Origin: a virus
Lineage: Duplodnaviria > Heunggongvirae > Uroviricota > Caudoviricetes
Direction: 5' to 3' (one strand)
Virus record (IMG/VR): IMGVR_UViG_2734482598_000002
DNA: 7,405 nt
Part shown: piece by piece, positions 1-7,405 of the stretch
Layout of the letters: every line of letters begins with the position of its first letter
Numbering within the stretch: position 1 is the stretch's first letter
The notes under the pieces: generated by a model
Database searches by the model: none
Seen by the model: only the letters and a program-made list of their open reading frames with translations
What the model was told of the DNA's origin: nothing
Made by a program: the position numbers and the translations under genes

Positions 1-66
1 GAGAACCTTAAGGAAACAACATGTTGGGTGGAGCGGACAATCCAAATGGCGAATTACCGTCTTATA

Positions 67-393
67 TCACTGGCGCTGACACTTCATCACCTCCGGACGT
101 AAATCACCATCCTTTGGTGCATTCAGAAACGCGTTCAGTGTCCCCGGTGCATCAGTCGGTGCCACATCAATATCCCCGACACGGGTTGGCTGCCAGCCGT
201 TACAGTGAAGCGCAACCTCGTAATACCCCGGCTCAGCCTCAATCACATAAGCACCGTTATTGTCCGTCACGCAAGTGGCAACAACGTGTGCCACAACGGT
301 CGGACTGGTTCTTCTGGCCCGCAGTTCAATCGCACAATTTACGACAGGTTTACCCGCCCCATCTTTCAGTACACCTGAAATCTTTACTGCCAT
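67..393 (-). CDS. stf: Side tail fibre protein, N-terminal domain only (truncated Stf-like ORF, about 108 aa)
   Basis: Minus-strand ORF whose product from the internal Met (MAVKISGVLKDGAGKPV...) matches the N-terminus of lambda Stf as I recall it (MAVKISGVLKDGTGKPVQNC...). ATG at 393-391 preferred over the track's ATG at 435 because a terminator hairpin lies at 405-429 and homology begins at 393. The ORF stops at 69-67 (TGA) right after a conserved RPEV motif, where a full-length Stf would continue for several hundred residues. Confidence 0.6.
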   Translation of the reverse strand: MAVKISGVLKDGAGKPVVNCAIELRARRTSPTVVAHVVATCVTDNNGAYVIEAEPGYYEVALHCNGWQPTRVGDIDVAPTDAPGTLNAFLNAPKDGDLRPEVMKCQRQ

Positions 394-404
394 ATTCACC
401 CCAC

Positions 405-429
405 AAAAAGCCCGCCTGAACCAGCGGGC
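405..429 (-). terminator. Rho-independent terminator downstream of lom
   Basis: Minus-strand sequence GCCCGC-TGGTTCAG-GCGGGC followed by TTTTTGTGG: 6-bp GC-rich stem (plus 410-415 pairing with 424-429), 8-nt loop, T-tract at plus 405-409. Lies between the lom stop (459-457) and the stf start (393). Confidence 0.6.
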
Positions 430-456
430 AGTCATAACACTGTGTTACCTGGCTAA

Positions 457-1092
457 TCAGAACTTATAACCGACACCCACGATGAAACCGTCAGTGCGCC
501 AGTCACCACTGCCGGAACCTTCATAAGCAAGGTCAATGGCCACGGATTCGGTCGGGTTAAACTGCACGCCAGCCCCCCACGCCAGAGACGTGTTGCTGTG
601 GCGACCGTCATCACTTCCGGTCAGCACATCGTGCGTTTTCCCCTTGTTGNNNNNNNNNNNNNNNNNNNNNNNNNNNNNNNNNNNNNNNNNNNNNNNNNNN
701 NNNNNNNNNNNNNAGGTCGACACACGGCTGTAAGCCACGCCCGCCATCGCATACGCGCTGAACCATTCATTCACGCGCACAGACGGCCCCGCCATCACGC
801 TGAACCAGCGGTTACGCACGGAATCCTCATGCCAGCGGGTATCGCTGTAACGGGTCAGCTGGCGATTCTTGTCTCCTGCATAGCTGAATGACGTCACCAG
901 CCCCAGCGTATCCGTAAACTCATAACGGTATTTCACGTTAATGCCCTTCAGGTCATCGCTGCCTGGCATATCAGTATGGGTCTGAAGATACCCGGCGCTC
1001 AGCGTGGACTGATGTTCAGACGCCCATGCAGGCGCACCGGATACGGCCAGACAGATGGCTGCGGACAAAATGGCTGCACAAACTTTACGCAT
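457..1092 (-). CDS. lom: Lom outer-membrane protein (Ail/Lom/PagC family beta-barrel), 211 aa, interrupted by a 64-nt N run
   Basis: N-terminal signal peptide MRKVCAAILSAAICLAVSGAPAWA with an AxA cleavage motif; C-terminus ...AYEGSGSGDWRTDGFIVGVGYKF with terminal Phe typical of OMP barrels and matching lambda Lom as I recall it; conserved KGINVKYRYE block; SD GAGAGGT 5 nt upstream of the ATG at 1092; position immediately after J as in lambda. Frame is maintained across the N run at 650-713. Confidence 0.9.
   Translation of the reverse strand: MRKVCAAILSAAICLAVSGAPAWASEHQSTLSAGYLQTHTDMPGSDDLKGINVKYRYEFTDTLGLVTSFSYAGDKNRQLTRYSDTRWHEDSVRNRWFSVMAGPSVRVNEWFSAYAMAGVAYSRVSTXXXXXXXXXXXXXXXXXXXXXXNKGKTHDVLTGSDDGRHSNTSLAWGAGVQFNPTESVAIDLAYEGSGSGDWRTDGFIVGVGYKF
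650..713. other. Run of 64 undetermined bases (N), masked or assembly gap inside lom
   Basis: Directly visible in the sequence; the lom reading frame is the same on both sides of the run. Confidence 0.99.
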
Positions 1093-1113
1093 AATTACCT
1101 CTCGCTTTTCTGC

Positions 1114-1140
1114 AATAAAAAAGGCACCATTTCTGGTGCC
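1114..1140 (-). terminator. Rho-independent terminator between J and lom
   Basis: Minus-strand sequence GGCACCA-GAAA-TGGTGCC (7-bp perfect stem, 4-nt loop; plus 1123-1140) followed immediately by TTTTTTATT (plus 1114-1122). Located 20 nt after the J stop and upstream of the lom RBS. Confidence 0.7.
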
Positions 1141-1159
1141 CGTATCTGGGTTATAAAAT

Positions 1160-4100
1160 TCAGCTAATCGTGATGCCTGCAGTGGCTTTCTTCATCACCA
1201 CAACCAGCAAATCGCTGATACTTGCTGTGGGATACCAGCCATTTACCAGCCATGCCGATACAGAAAACTCCAGCGTCATGTGACCGTGACCGGCAGGCAT
1301 ATCAATAACACCCGTATATATCAGCGTATTATCCAGGGTCGTTCGGTTATAAATTTCAGCACCGTTTTTCTTCACTATCAGGCGGCATGACGAATAAATA
1401 TTGTTATTCTTCCGCTCATGTTTAGCACCGCGAAACGCCACCGCGGGAATAACAATTTGCCGATCAAACGGCTGATCGTCATAAACCCTGACGGTAATGG
1501 TCCCTGATGGCCACCTCTCCGGTGCCCGGGAGTCCCGTGGGAAAGGTTTGCCCACTGTTTTAACGAGATCGCCTTCAATCTGGTTCGCGGACAATTTTCC
1601 CAGAACCCGACAGTTCTTATTAATCGTGACGTTGTTGAGCGTCCCGGAGTTCGCGTTCACGTTACCGCTGATATCGGCATTTTTCGCCGTCAGCCGTCCG
1701 CCAGGTGTCAGGGAAAATGCCGGAGGATTACCGCCGCTGGTAATGGTCGGAGCCGTCAGGCATTTCAGGAACACGTCGTTCATGAATATCTGATCGCCCT
1801 GACCAACAAACATCGGCTTTGTGTTGCCATTCGCAGGATTAATCATCGCAATCCTGTCTGCCGCCAGCAGCACCTGACTCTGCATTCCTGCTGGCGTATT
1901 CTCAATACCGGCACCGATACCCGCAATATAAAGGCGTCCGTCCTTCATCTGTTGCAGCTTCACAGCCCACATGCTGTTCAGGTTATTATTTGTATCAACC
2001 TGAACTTTCTGTATCTGCTGGATTGCAGCACTCTGATTTTCCAGTTTTTTATTGACGGTTTGCGTGATTTCATTGCTGACATTCGTAATGGACGTCCTGA
2101 TTTCAGTCAGGTCCGGCGCAAGCTGACCGTTATCAATCTGCGTCCACAACTCCTTGCCGAGATGCGTTTTATTGATCAACCCTTTATAAAAATTCAGATA
2201 ACCTTCTGCATCATCGCTCGCCCGACCGATGGCCTCCACAAATGCCGATTTGCCAACGGTGTTCACACTGCGAACGTAAAAATAATAATCATGGCCCGGC
2301 CTGATATTGATACTGGCGGCTATCCAGTACAGCGCCGTGCCAAGATAGCGGGCGCTGGTTTCAACCTGCCTGATATCCGCAATCCGCTTTTCCGAAAACC
2401 AGAACTCAAACTGCACCGTCGGGTCATATACAGCCAGTTTCGGGACCGCCGTTATCTGAAAATACCCCGGTATCAGTTCAATAGTGACAGGCGCTGCCGG
2501 TGCCGCAATCCGGAACGATACCGACGCCGGATCGCCCTGCTGCCCCCGGGCATTTACCGCCCGGACTGTCAGACTGTAATTCCCCAGCGCCAGCTGCCTG
2601 AAGCGGTATGTGGTTTCCGTCGTCCTGGCTGTGCTGACCAGCCGCTCACTGCCGTCGTCCGCTGCCACGGTCAGGCGAAGCAGGAAGCTCACACCCTTCA
2701 CCACCTTCGGCGTGTCCCATCGCGCCAGCACCTGATATTCCCCGCTGTCTGCGGTGACTTCGGCGGTCAGATGCTGCACCGCTGGCGGCGTGACACCATT
2801 CACCGTGCCGCGCCGGTCACCGTCAAAGTGTGCCCCGTTATCCACGATGGCCTCTTTTTCCGGCACATGCTGCACGGCGGTGATGGCATACGTGCCGTCG
2901 TCGTTCTCACGGATACTCACGCAGCGGAACAGACGCTGGCGCAGCGTCGGCAGCTTCAGCCCCCACACGCTGTATTCTGCAACGCCGTCAGGAACCCGGC
3001 TCACTTTCACCTTCACGCCGTCGGTGACGGACTGGACCTCCACGCTGACCGGATTGCCACTTCCGTCAACCAGGCTTATCAGCGTGGTACCGGAGGACGG
3101 CAGCGTGATTTCACGGTCGAGCGTCAGCGTCCGGGTCTGGCTGTTCACCGCCAGTACGCGACCACCGGTGCTGATACCGGCATAATCATCATCGCAGATT
3201 TCAATGACATCACCCGGTACATGGCGAAGCCCTTCTGCGCCCACGCTGAAGTCCACGGTCTGCGTTTCCAGCAGTTCCGTTTTAATCAGCCACAGCCCGG
3301 CTCGGTGTGCCTGCCCCCGGCTGGTACAGCCAAAGGCATCCATCTTCGTGACATTACGACCGTAACGGGCAATGGCCTGCGTATCCTCCACAAGCTCTGT
3401 CGCCGTCTCCCAGCCGTTATCTGGGTCAATCCAGTTCACCTCAACGGCATTATGGCGGTCCTTCAGGGCGCTGAAGCTGTAGCGGAACGGCGCGCCATCG
3501 TCCGGCATCACCACATTACTGCGGTTATAGGTCCACACCTTATCCGACGGTCGGTCCTGCACGAACGTCAGCATCTGTCCGTTCCATACCGGCATACAGC
3601 GCATCGCCGAGCAGAAATCACTGAGAACATCCCACGCCTTACGCTGTGTGGTCAGGTAAGAGTTACAGGTGATGCGCGGCTCCGTGCCGCCAAATCCGTC
3701 CGTCACTGACTGGTCGCAGTACTGGCCGATGACATACAGCGCCCATTTGTCCACATCTGCCGCACCAAGACGTTTCCCCATGCCGTAGCGCGGATGAGTG
3801 AGCATGTCCCACAGACACCAGGCCATGTTGTTGCTGTATGCTGGCTTAAGCGTTCCGTCCCAGATACCGCTGTATTGCCGCGTCTGCGGGTTATAGTTCG
3901 ACGGCACCTGCAGAATGCGCCCGCGAAGATGATAATTGCGACTCACCTGCTGGTTACCGAACTGCTCTGAATCCACCTGCACGCCGACCAGCGCCGTGTT
4001 CGGGTAGCACTGTTTCACATCGATGATTTCGGTGTACGACGACCAGAGCGTTTTGTTCTGCAGCTGGTCTGTGGTGCTGTCCGGTGTCATCCTGCGCATC

Positions 4101-4639
4101 CGGATATTAAACGGGCGCGGCGGCAGGTTACCCACCACCACCGAGGCCAGATACTGCGAAGTGGTTTTGCCCTTAATGGTGATGTCTTTTTCCGTCACCC
4201 AGCCACCGTTACGCTGTATCTGAACCAGCAGGCGGACTTCCGACGGATTCCGGTCACCCTTTGAGGTGGTTTCCACCAGTGCCTGCACACCGAAGGTCAG
4301 GCGCAGACGGTCGATGTTTGCCGACGTGATGGTCCGGGTGATCGGCGTGTCATATTTCACTTCCGTACCCAGCACCGTCTCGGAGCCGGAGGATTCAAAA
4401 CCCTCCGGCGGTGTCTGCTCCTGCTCACCTGCACGGAACACCACCGTAACACCGGAAAAGTTTGTCTTCCCCTCGCTGTCCAGGACCGGCGTACCGTTCA
4501 GCAGCACGCTTTTTAATCCATCCACCGGACCGTCAACCGGCCCTTCGCTGATGGCATCAATCACACTCAGCAACTGCGTGGATTTCAGGTTGTCCTTCGC
4601 TTCGCGCGGGGTATGCCCCTTACTGCTGCCTTTACCCAT
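1160..4639 (-). CDS. J: Tail tip / central tail fibre host-specificity protein J, 1159 aa
   Basis: Single long minus-strand ORF. N-terminus [34 protein letters not shown]... and most of the first 800 residues are near-colinear with lambda J as I recall it. SD GAGGA immediately upstream of the ATG at 4639; stop TGA at 1162-1160. Size and position (after I, before lom) match lambda gene order. Confidence 0.95.
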   Translation of the reverse strand: MGKGSSKGHTPREAKDNLKSTQLLSVIDAISEGPVDGPVDGLKSVLLNGTPVLDSEGKTNFSGVTVVFRAGEQEQTPPEGFESSGSETVLGTEVKYDTPITRTITSANIDRLRLTFGVQALVETTSKGDRNPSEVRLLVQIQRNGGWVTEKDITIKGKTTSQYLASVVVGNLPPRPFNIRMRRMTPDSTTDQLQNKTLWSSYTEIIDVKQCYPNTALVGVQVDSEQFGNQQVSRNYHLRGRILQVPSNYNPQTRQYSGIWDGTLKPAYSNNMAWCLWDMLTHPRYGMGKRLGAADVDKWALYVIGQYCDQSVTDGFGGTEPRITCNSYLTTQRKAWDVLSDFCSAMRCMPVWNGQMLTFVQDRPSDKVWTYNRSNVVMPDDGAPFRYSFSALKDRHNAVEVNWIDPDNGWETATELVEDTQAIARYGRNVTKMDAFGCTSRGQAHRAGLWLIKTELLETQTVDFSVGAEGLRHVPGDVIEICDDDYAGISTGGRVLAVNSQTRTLTLDREITLPSSGTTLISLVDGSGNPVSVEVQSVTDGVKVKVSRVPDGVAEYSVWGLKLPTLRQRLFRCVSIRENDDGTYAITAVQHVPEKEAIVDNGAHFDGDRRGTVNGVTPPAVQHLTAEVTADSGEYQVLARWDTPKVVKGVSFLLRLTVAADDGSERLVSTARTTETTYRFRQLALGNYSLTVRAVNARGQQGDPASVSFRIAAPAAPVTIELIPGYFQITAVPKLAVYDPTVQFEFWFSEKRIADIRQVETSARYLGTALYWIAASINIRPGHDYYFYVRSVNTVGKSAFVEAIGRASDDAEGYLNFYKGLINKTHLGKELWTQIDNGQLAPDLTEIRTSITNVSNEITQTVNKKLENQSAAIQQIQKVQVDTNNNLNSMWAVKLQQMKDGRLYIAGIGAGIENTPAGMQSQVLLAADRIAMINPANGNTKPMFVGQGDQIFMNDVFLKCLTAPTITSGGNPPAFSLTPGGRLTAKNADISGNVNANSGTLNNVTINKNCRVLGKLSANQIEGDLVKTVGKPFPRDSRAPERWPSGTITVRVYDDQPFDRQIVIPAVAFRGAKHERKNNNIYSSCRLIVKKNGAEIYNRTTLDNTLIYTGVIDMPAGHGHMTLEFSVSAWLVNGWYPTASISDLLVVVMKKATAGITIS

Positions 4640-4660
4640 TCCTCACGCTCCATAAACGAC

Positions 4661-4681
4661 AAAACCGCCCGCAGGCGGTTT
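4661..4681 (-). promoter_or_regulatory. Conserved I-J intergenic stem-loop (possible attenuator or RNA processing/stability element)
   Basis: Minus-strand AAACCGCC-TGCG-GGCGGTTT (8-bp stem, 4-nt loop) followed by TGTCGTTTATGGAGCGTGAGGAATG, i.e. the hairpin sits 20 nt upstream of the J SD/ATG in the 60-nt I-J spacer. I recall essentially the same element at this position in lambda. Confidence 0.4.
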
Positions 4682-4699
4682 CACATAAAACATTTTGCA

Positions 4700-5341
4700 T
4701 CAGCGACCAATCACCACAACCTGACCACCATCCCCTTCGTCTGCCGTGCTGATCTCCTGAGAAACCACACGTGACCCCACGCGCATTTCACCGTACAGAA
4801 CGGGCAGAACATTGCCCTGGGCAACCATGTTATCCAGTGACGAGAAATACGTGTTCTGCTTACCGTTATCCGTTGTCTGTGTACGGGGAGTTCTGGCTTT
4901 CGGTGCCAGCATCTGTGCAACACCGCCAAGCGTCATACTGGCACCGAGAGAAAACAGCAGATTACTCGCCATAATTCCTACCCCCGGCATCCATATAGCA
5001 ACCGCCATAACAGCCGCCCCCAGCACCGCCTGAAACACACCGCCACTTTTAGCTCCCACCAGACGCGGTACTATGTGGATCACTGCACCATTTGCCAGCG
5101 GCTCATTAAGACGGGCAGACAATTCGGTTTCACCTGCATCACGCCCGGCAATGCGCACCTGATACCAGCCGTCACTCAGTTTCTGACGAAACGCCGGGAG
5201 CTGTGTGGCCAGTGCCCGGATGGCTTCAGCCCCCGTTTTCACACGAAGGTCGATGCGGCGACCAAATCGTTGTAAATCCCCGTAAAGGCAGATGCGCGCC
5301 ATGCCCGGTGACGCCAGAGGGAGTGTGTGCGTCGCTGCCAT
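4700..5341 (-). CDS. I: Tail tip assembly protein I, 213 aa
   Basis: Minus-strand ORF. N-terminus MAATHTLPLASPGMARICLYGDLQRFGRRIDLRVKTGAEAIRALATQLPAFRQKLSDGWYQVRIAGRD and C-terminus ...KARTPRTQTTDNGKQNTYFSSLDNMVAQGNVLPVLYGEMRVGSRVVSQEISTADEGDGGQVVVIGR match lambda gpI as I recall it; the middle hydrophobic segment differs. Start could alternatively be the internal ATG at 5302. Stop TGA at 4702-4700. Confidence 0.9.
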   Translation of the reverse strand: MAATHTLPLASPGMARICLYGDLQRFGRRIDLRVKTGAEAIRALATQLPAFRQKLSDGWYQVRIAGRDAGETELSARLNEPLANGAVIHIVPRLVGAKSGGVFQAVLGAAVMAVAIWMPGVGIMASNLLFSLGASMTLGGVAQMLAPKARTPRTQTTDNGKQNTYFSSLDNMVAQGNVLPVLYGEMRVGSRVVSQEISTADEGDGGQVVVIGR

Positions 5342-5948
5342 TTGTCGGTGTACCTCTCTCGTTTGCTCAGTTGTTCAGGAATATGGTGCAGCAGCCCGCC
5401 GTCACCGCAGTAAATGGCGGCATGATTCGGCACCGATGAACCAAAACAGCACAGCAGCACATCGCCCGGCTGTGCCTCTGTCAGTGCGACACGGTAAAAA
5501 CCCGTCACCTCCATATTGTCAAGATAGAGATTCTGACCGTTACGCCACCAGTCATCCCCGCGATGAAAATCCGGCATCTCAATCCCTGCCAGATGATAAG
5601 CATCCCGGAACAGCGTGTAACAGTCCGTCACCCCGTGCTCAAAGCNNNNNNNNNNNNNNNNNNNNNNNNNNNNNNNNNNNNNNNNNNNNNNNNNNNNNNN
5701 NNNNNNNNNNNNNNNNNNNNNNNNNNNNNNNNNNNNNNNNNNNNNNNNNNNNNNNNNNNNNNNNNNNNNNNNNNNNNNNNNNNNNNNNNNNNNNNNNNNN
5801 NNNNNNNNNNNNNNNNNNNNNNNNNNNNNNNNNNNNNNNNNNNNNNNNNNNNNNNNNNTCCCTCCGGCGTTCTTACCACGAAGCCACACGACTCCGCTGG
5901 CGCACATCGCCGGGCGTGCGCCAGAATCGCTGATTCTGTCTGTGTCAT
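5239..5948 (-). CDS. K: Tail tip assembly protein K (JAB/MPN N-terminal motif plus NlpC/P60-like C-terminal domain); frame discontinuity across a 213-nt N run
   Basis: ATG at 5948-5946, 4 nt after the L stop, encodes MTQTESAILAHARRCAPAESCGFVVRTPEG, a JAB/MPN-like start typical of lambda K. After the N run a different frame encodes ...DCYTLFRDAYHLAGIEMPDF...SSVPNHAAIYCGDGGLLHH..., with Cys/His/His spacing typical of NlpC/P60 peptidases, ending at TGA 5241-5239. The two halves are in different frames (5948 and 5907 differ by 41 nt), so the gene is either frameshifted inside the masked region or the N run has an inexact length. Confidence 0.7.
5646..5858. other. Run of 213 undetermined bases (N), masked or assembly gap inside K
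   Basis: Directly visible in the sequence. Confidence 0.99.
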
Positions 5949-5952
5949 GGAT

Positions 5953-6651
5953 TTACTGAGAAAGTTTATTGATGGAAAGGAAACCGCCGAAATTACCGGT
6001 ATTGTTGCGCAACTCACACCCGCGCATACACTTGCTGCATTTGTCCTTCCGGATATCCGTCGTTGGTTTGTCGAACTCGTCAGCCACTGCCCTGCCCGTG
6101 TAACCACACTCATCAGAACGGTAAGTCCACATACAGGTATTCGCCAGCATGATACGCCCCGGGAAAACCGCGCCATCCGTCTCCGTTGGTGTGGCCAGCA
6201 CAAAAGAGGCACTGACCGCGCTCAGTTCGCTGCACTGCTCGATGCGCCAGCGGCTGATCACCTCCTGTTCCGGATCGGCGTCGCTGTTTCCGTTGACGAA
6301 GTTCACCGCATCCAGAAAACGGGCGTAAACCTTACGCCTGACCACCGTTCCGCCGACCAGACTCTGCAGGTCTTCCGCCATCCCCGTGACCATGCCGTGC
6401 AGGTTAGAAACCGTCAGTGTCGGACGGGCAGCACTGCCCTTGCCGTTCAGTTCAAATCCCGTCCCCTGAATGGGGTATGCCTGATACTGCCGCCCCTGCC
6501 AGGTAACCGGCTCACCTTTTTCGTTCTGCTCATTACAGAAAAAATAACGTTCACCACCGACCTCTGTCAGATCGATTTCCCAGAGCACCACCTGGGCTGA
6601 CTGAGTGAGGCGTGTCGTCTCATGATGTGTTTCCTGTGGAATATCCTGCAT
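5953..6651 (-). CDS. L: Minor tail protein L (tail tip complex; Cys-rich C-terminus consistent with an Fe-S cluster site), 232 aa
   Basis: Minus-strand ORF of 232 aa, the same length as lambda gpL, immediately after M. SD GAGG in the 9-nt M-L spacer. C-terminal cysteines (...CMWTYRSDECGYTG...CSKCMRGCE...) fit the reported iron-sulfur cluster of gpL. Confidence 0.9.
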   Translation of the reverse strand: MQDIPQETHHETTRLTQSAQVVLWEIDLTEVGGERYFFCNEQNEKGEPVTWQGRQYQAYPIQGTGFELNGKGSAARPTLTVSNLHGMVTGMAEDLQSLVGGTVVRRKVYARFLDAVNFVNGNSDADPEQEVISRWRIEQCSELSAVSASFVLATPTETDGAVFPGRIMLANTCMWTYRSDECGYTGRAVADEFDKPTTDIRKDKCSKCMRGCELRNNTGNFGGFLSINKLSQ

Positions 6652-6660
6652 CAGAGCCTC

Positions 6661-6990
6661 CTATGCCACGACCTGTTCAAAATCTGCCGTTATGGTTACC
6701 CACAACGCCCCCACGCTTGCCGACCATTTACGACAAACCACCCTGATCGGCTTCCAGTCATAAGGTGGCGTCCACTGAAATGCGCGGACGCCACCGTGCC
6801 GTTCCAGAAAGGCTTTTAAAGATGGGTGTTCACATTTACGAACACGTATCGTCACGCTGTAAGTCGACAACTGGTTATTCAGTCCCGCCGCACGACGCTG
6901 TTCATAACCATCGCCCAGCTTCACTGTCACCACTTTCGGCTCTGATACCACATTCATATCCGGGCGCACTTTCCAGTGAAACGTCTCCAT
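6661..6990 (-). CDS. M: Minor tail protein M, 109 aa
   Basis: 109-aa minus-strand ORF, METFHWKVRPDMNVVSEPKVV...FLERHGGVRAFQWTPPYDWKPIRVVCRKWSA...FEQVVA, same length and similar to lambda gpM as I recall it (MKTFRWKVKPGMDV...EFEQVVN). Its ATG overlaps the upstream stop by 1 nt (TAATG). Confidence 0.9.
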   Translation of the reverse strand: METFHWKVRPDMNVVSEPKVVTVKLGDGYEQRRAAGLNNQLSTYSVTIRVRKCEHPSLKAFLERHGGVRAFQWTPPYDWKPIRVVCRKWSASVGALWVTITADFEQVVA

Positions 6991-7405
6991 TACCGGTATG
7001 CTCCACTTAACCGGCCACCATCACGGGCCTGCTGTTGCATAAAGTCCGCGGCCGCTTTTTTCCCGAGGTCATAAACCACCTTCAGGGCAGCCGGACCTAT
7101 CTGCCCGTTCGTGCCATCGTTATTGATCTCAATGTTGTACTGCGGGGCAAACATCACCATGCCTGAACCACCAGTATCCGCCACACCCCCCAGCTTACCA
7201 TCAGCACCGCGACGCAGTGGCAGAATGGCTTCAGGTCCCGCTTCCCCCATCACACCCGCGCCTTTTGCAAAAGCAAAAAACGTCGGACGGTTAACCACCG
7301 TGCCACTGTAGCGACTCAAATCAGCAGACTGAGGTAGCCTGAGTTTAACGGACACTCCTTCCTGAAATAGAATGGCATCAGAAGGAGCTAATAATGAGCA
7401 GAAAA
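6990..7405 (-). CDS. H: Tail tape-measure protein H, C-terminal fragment (partial; 5' end lies beyond the right edge)
   Basis: Minus-strand frame is open from the window edge (7405) to TAA at 6992-6990 with no in-frame stop between 7356 and 7405, so the track's start at 7355 (a GTG) is not the true start. Gly/Ala-rich C-terminal sequence and position immediately upstream of M match the lambda H-M junction. Confidence 0.75.
   Translation of the reverse strand, partial: FCSLLAPSDAILFQEGVSVKLRLPQSADLSRYSGTVVNRPTFFAFAKGAGVMGEAGPEAILPLRRGADGKLGGVADTGGSGMVMFAPQYNIEINNDGTNGQIGPAALKVVYDLGKKAAADFMQQQARDGGRLSGAYR

Noticed and set aside
1-20. Possible Hin/Gin/Cin-type invertase crossover site (GAGAACCTTAAGGAAACAAC)
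   Set aside because: Only a loose resemblance to the AAACC-nn-GGTTT core of hix/gix sites, with 20 nt at the window edge and no invertase gene visible. Kept as a remark under the stf truncation finding, not called as a feature.
21-419. 132-aa plus-strand ORF with an apparent SD (AAGGAAA) upstream of the ATG at 21
   Set aside because: Almost the whole ORF is antisense to the Stf-like gene and runs through the lom terminator. The product is Pro/Ser/His-rich with no recognisable fold. The SD-like motif is more likely incidental; flanking sequence would be needed to reconsider.
394-435. ATG at 435 as the start of the Stf-like ORF (track ORF 67-435)
   Set aside because: The extra 14 codons (MTARWFRRAFCGVN) cover the lom terminator hairpin at 405-429, and homology to Stf begins exactly at the ATG at 393, so the upstream extension is probably not translated.
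1093-1200. Sigma-70 promoter for lom within the 3' end of J (TATAAC at about 1149-1154 on the minus strand)
   Set aside because: The -10-like hexamer lacks a credible -35 at 16-18 nt spacing and lies upstream of the J-lom terminator, so transcripts from it would terminate before lom. Not called.
1952-3709. 585-aa plus-strand ORF, with nested ORF 2754-3185, antisense to J
   Set aside because: It lies entirely inside the J coding region on the opposite strand. The product is Arg/His/Cys/Pro-rich and low-complexity with no recognisable motif, typical of a spurious antisense ORF in a GC-rich gene. No RBS or independent evidence.
4266-4655. 129-aa plus-strand ORF overlapping the J start
   Set aside because: Antisense to the J 5' end, no RBS, low-complexity Ser/Pro/Thr-rich product.
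5292-6600. Plus-strand ORFs 5292-5933 and 5563-6600, and minus-strand ORF 5628-6212, spanning the N run
   Set aside because: These are artefacts of reading through undetermined bases (translated as X) and are antisense to, or out of frame with, K and L. The only real part is the first 30 codons of K, taken from the 5628-6212 frame.
1-7405. A novel defence or other undescribed system hidden in the window
   Set aside because: Every readable ORF of meaningful length on the coding strand is accounted for by lambda-type tail genes, lom and stf, and spacers are 4-67 nt. The only places something unseen could reside are the masked N runs (277 nt total, both inside known genes) or beyond the window edges. 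Reporting a novel system from the visible sequence would be unsupported.

Overview
This window is the distal tail / tail-tip module of a lambda-like (lambdoid) prophage of an enterobacterial host, read entirely on the minus strand and co-linear with phage lambda: 3' end of tape-measure gene H (partial, runs off the right edge) - M - L - K - I - J (1159-aa central tail fibre / host-specificity protein) - lom (Ail/Lom/PagC-family outer-membrane protein moron) - a short ORF matching only the N-terminal domain of the side tail fibre Stf. Two intrinsic terminators bracket lom, and a conserved hairpin sits between I and J. Two runs of N (650-713 and 5646-5858) hide 277 nt inside lom and K. I see no rRNA, tRNA, CRISPR array or transposase, and no convincing evidence of a novel, undescribed system in the visible bases; everything readable is explained by a well-known phage tail module. 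The points worth a second look are a J protein whose central and C-terminal receptor-binding regions diverge from lambda J, a reading-frame discontinuity in K across the masked gap, and an abrupt truncation of stf about 60 nt from the left edge. All protein assignments rest on my reading of the supplied translations against remembered lambda proteins, not on a database search.
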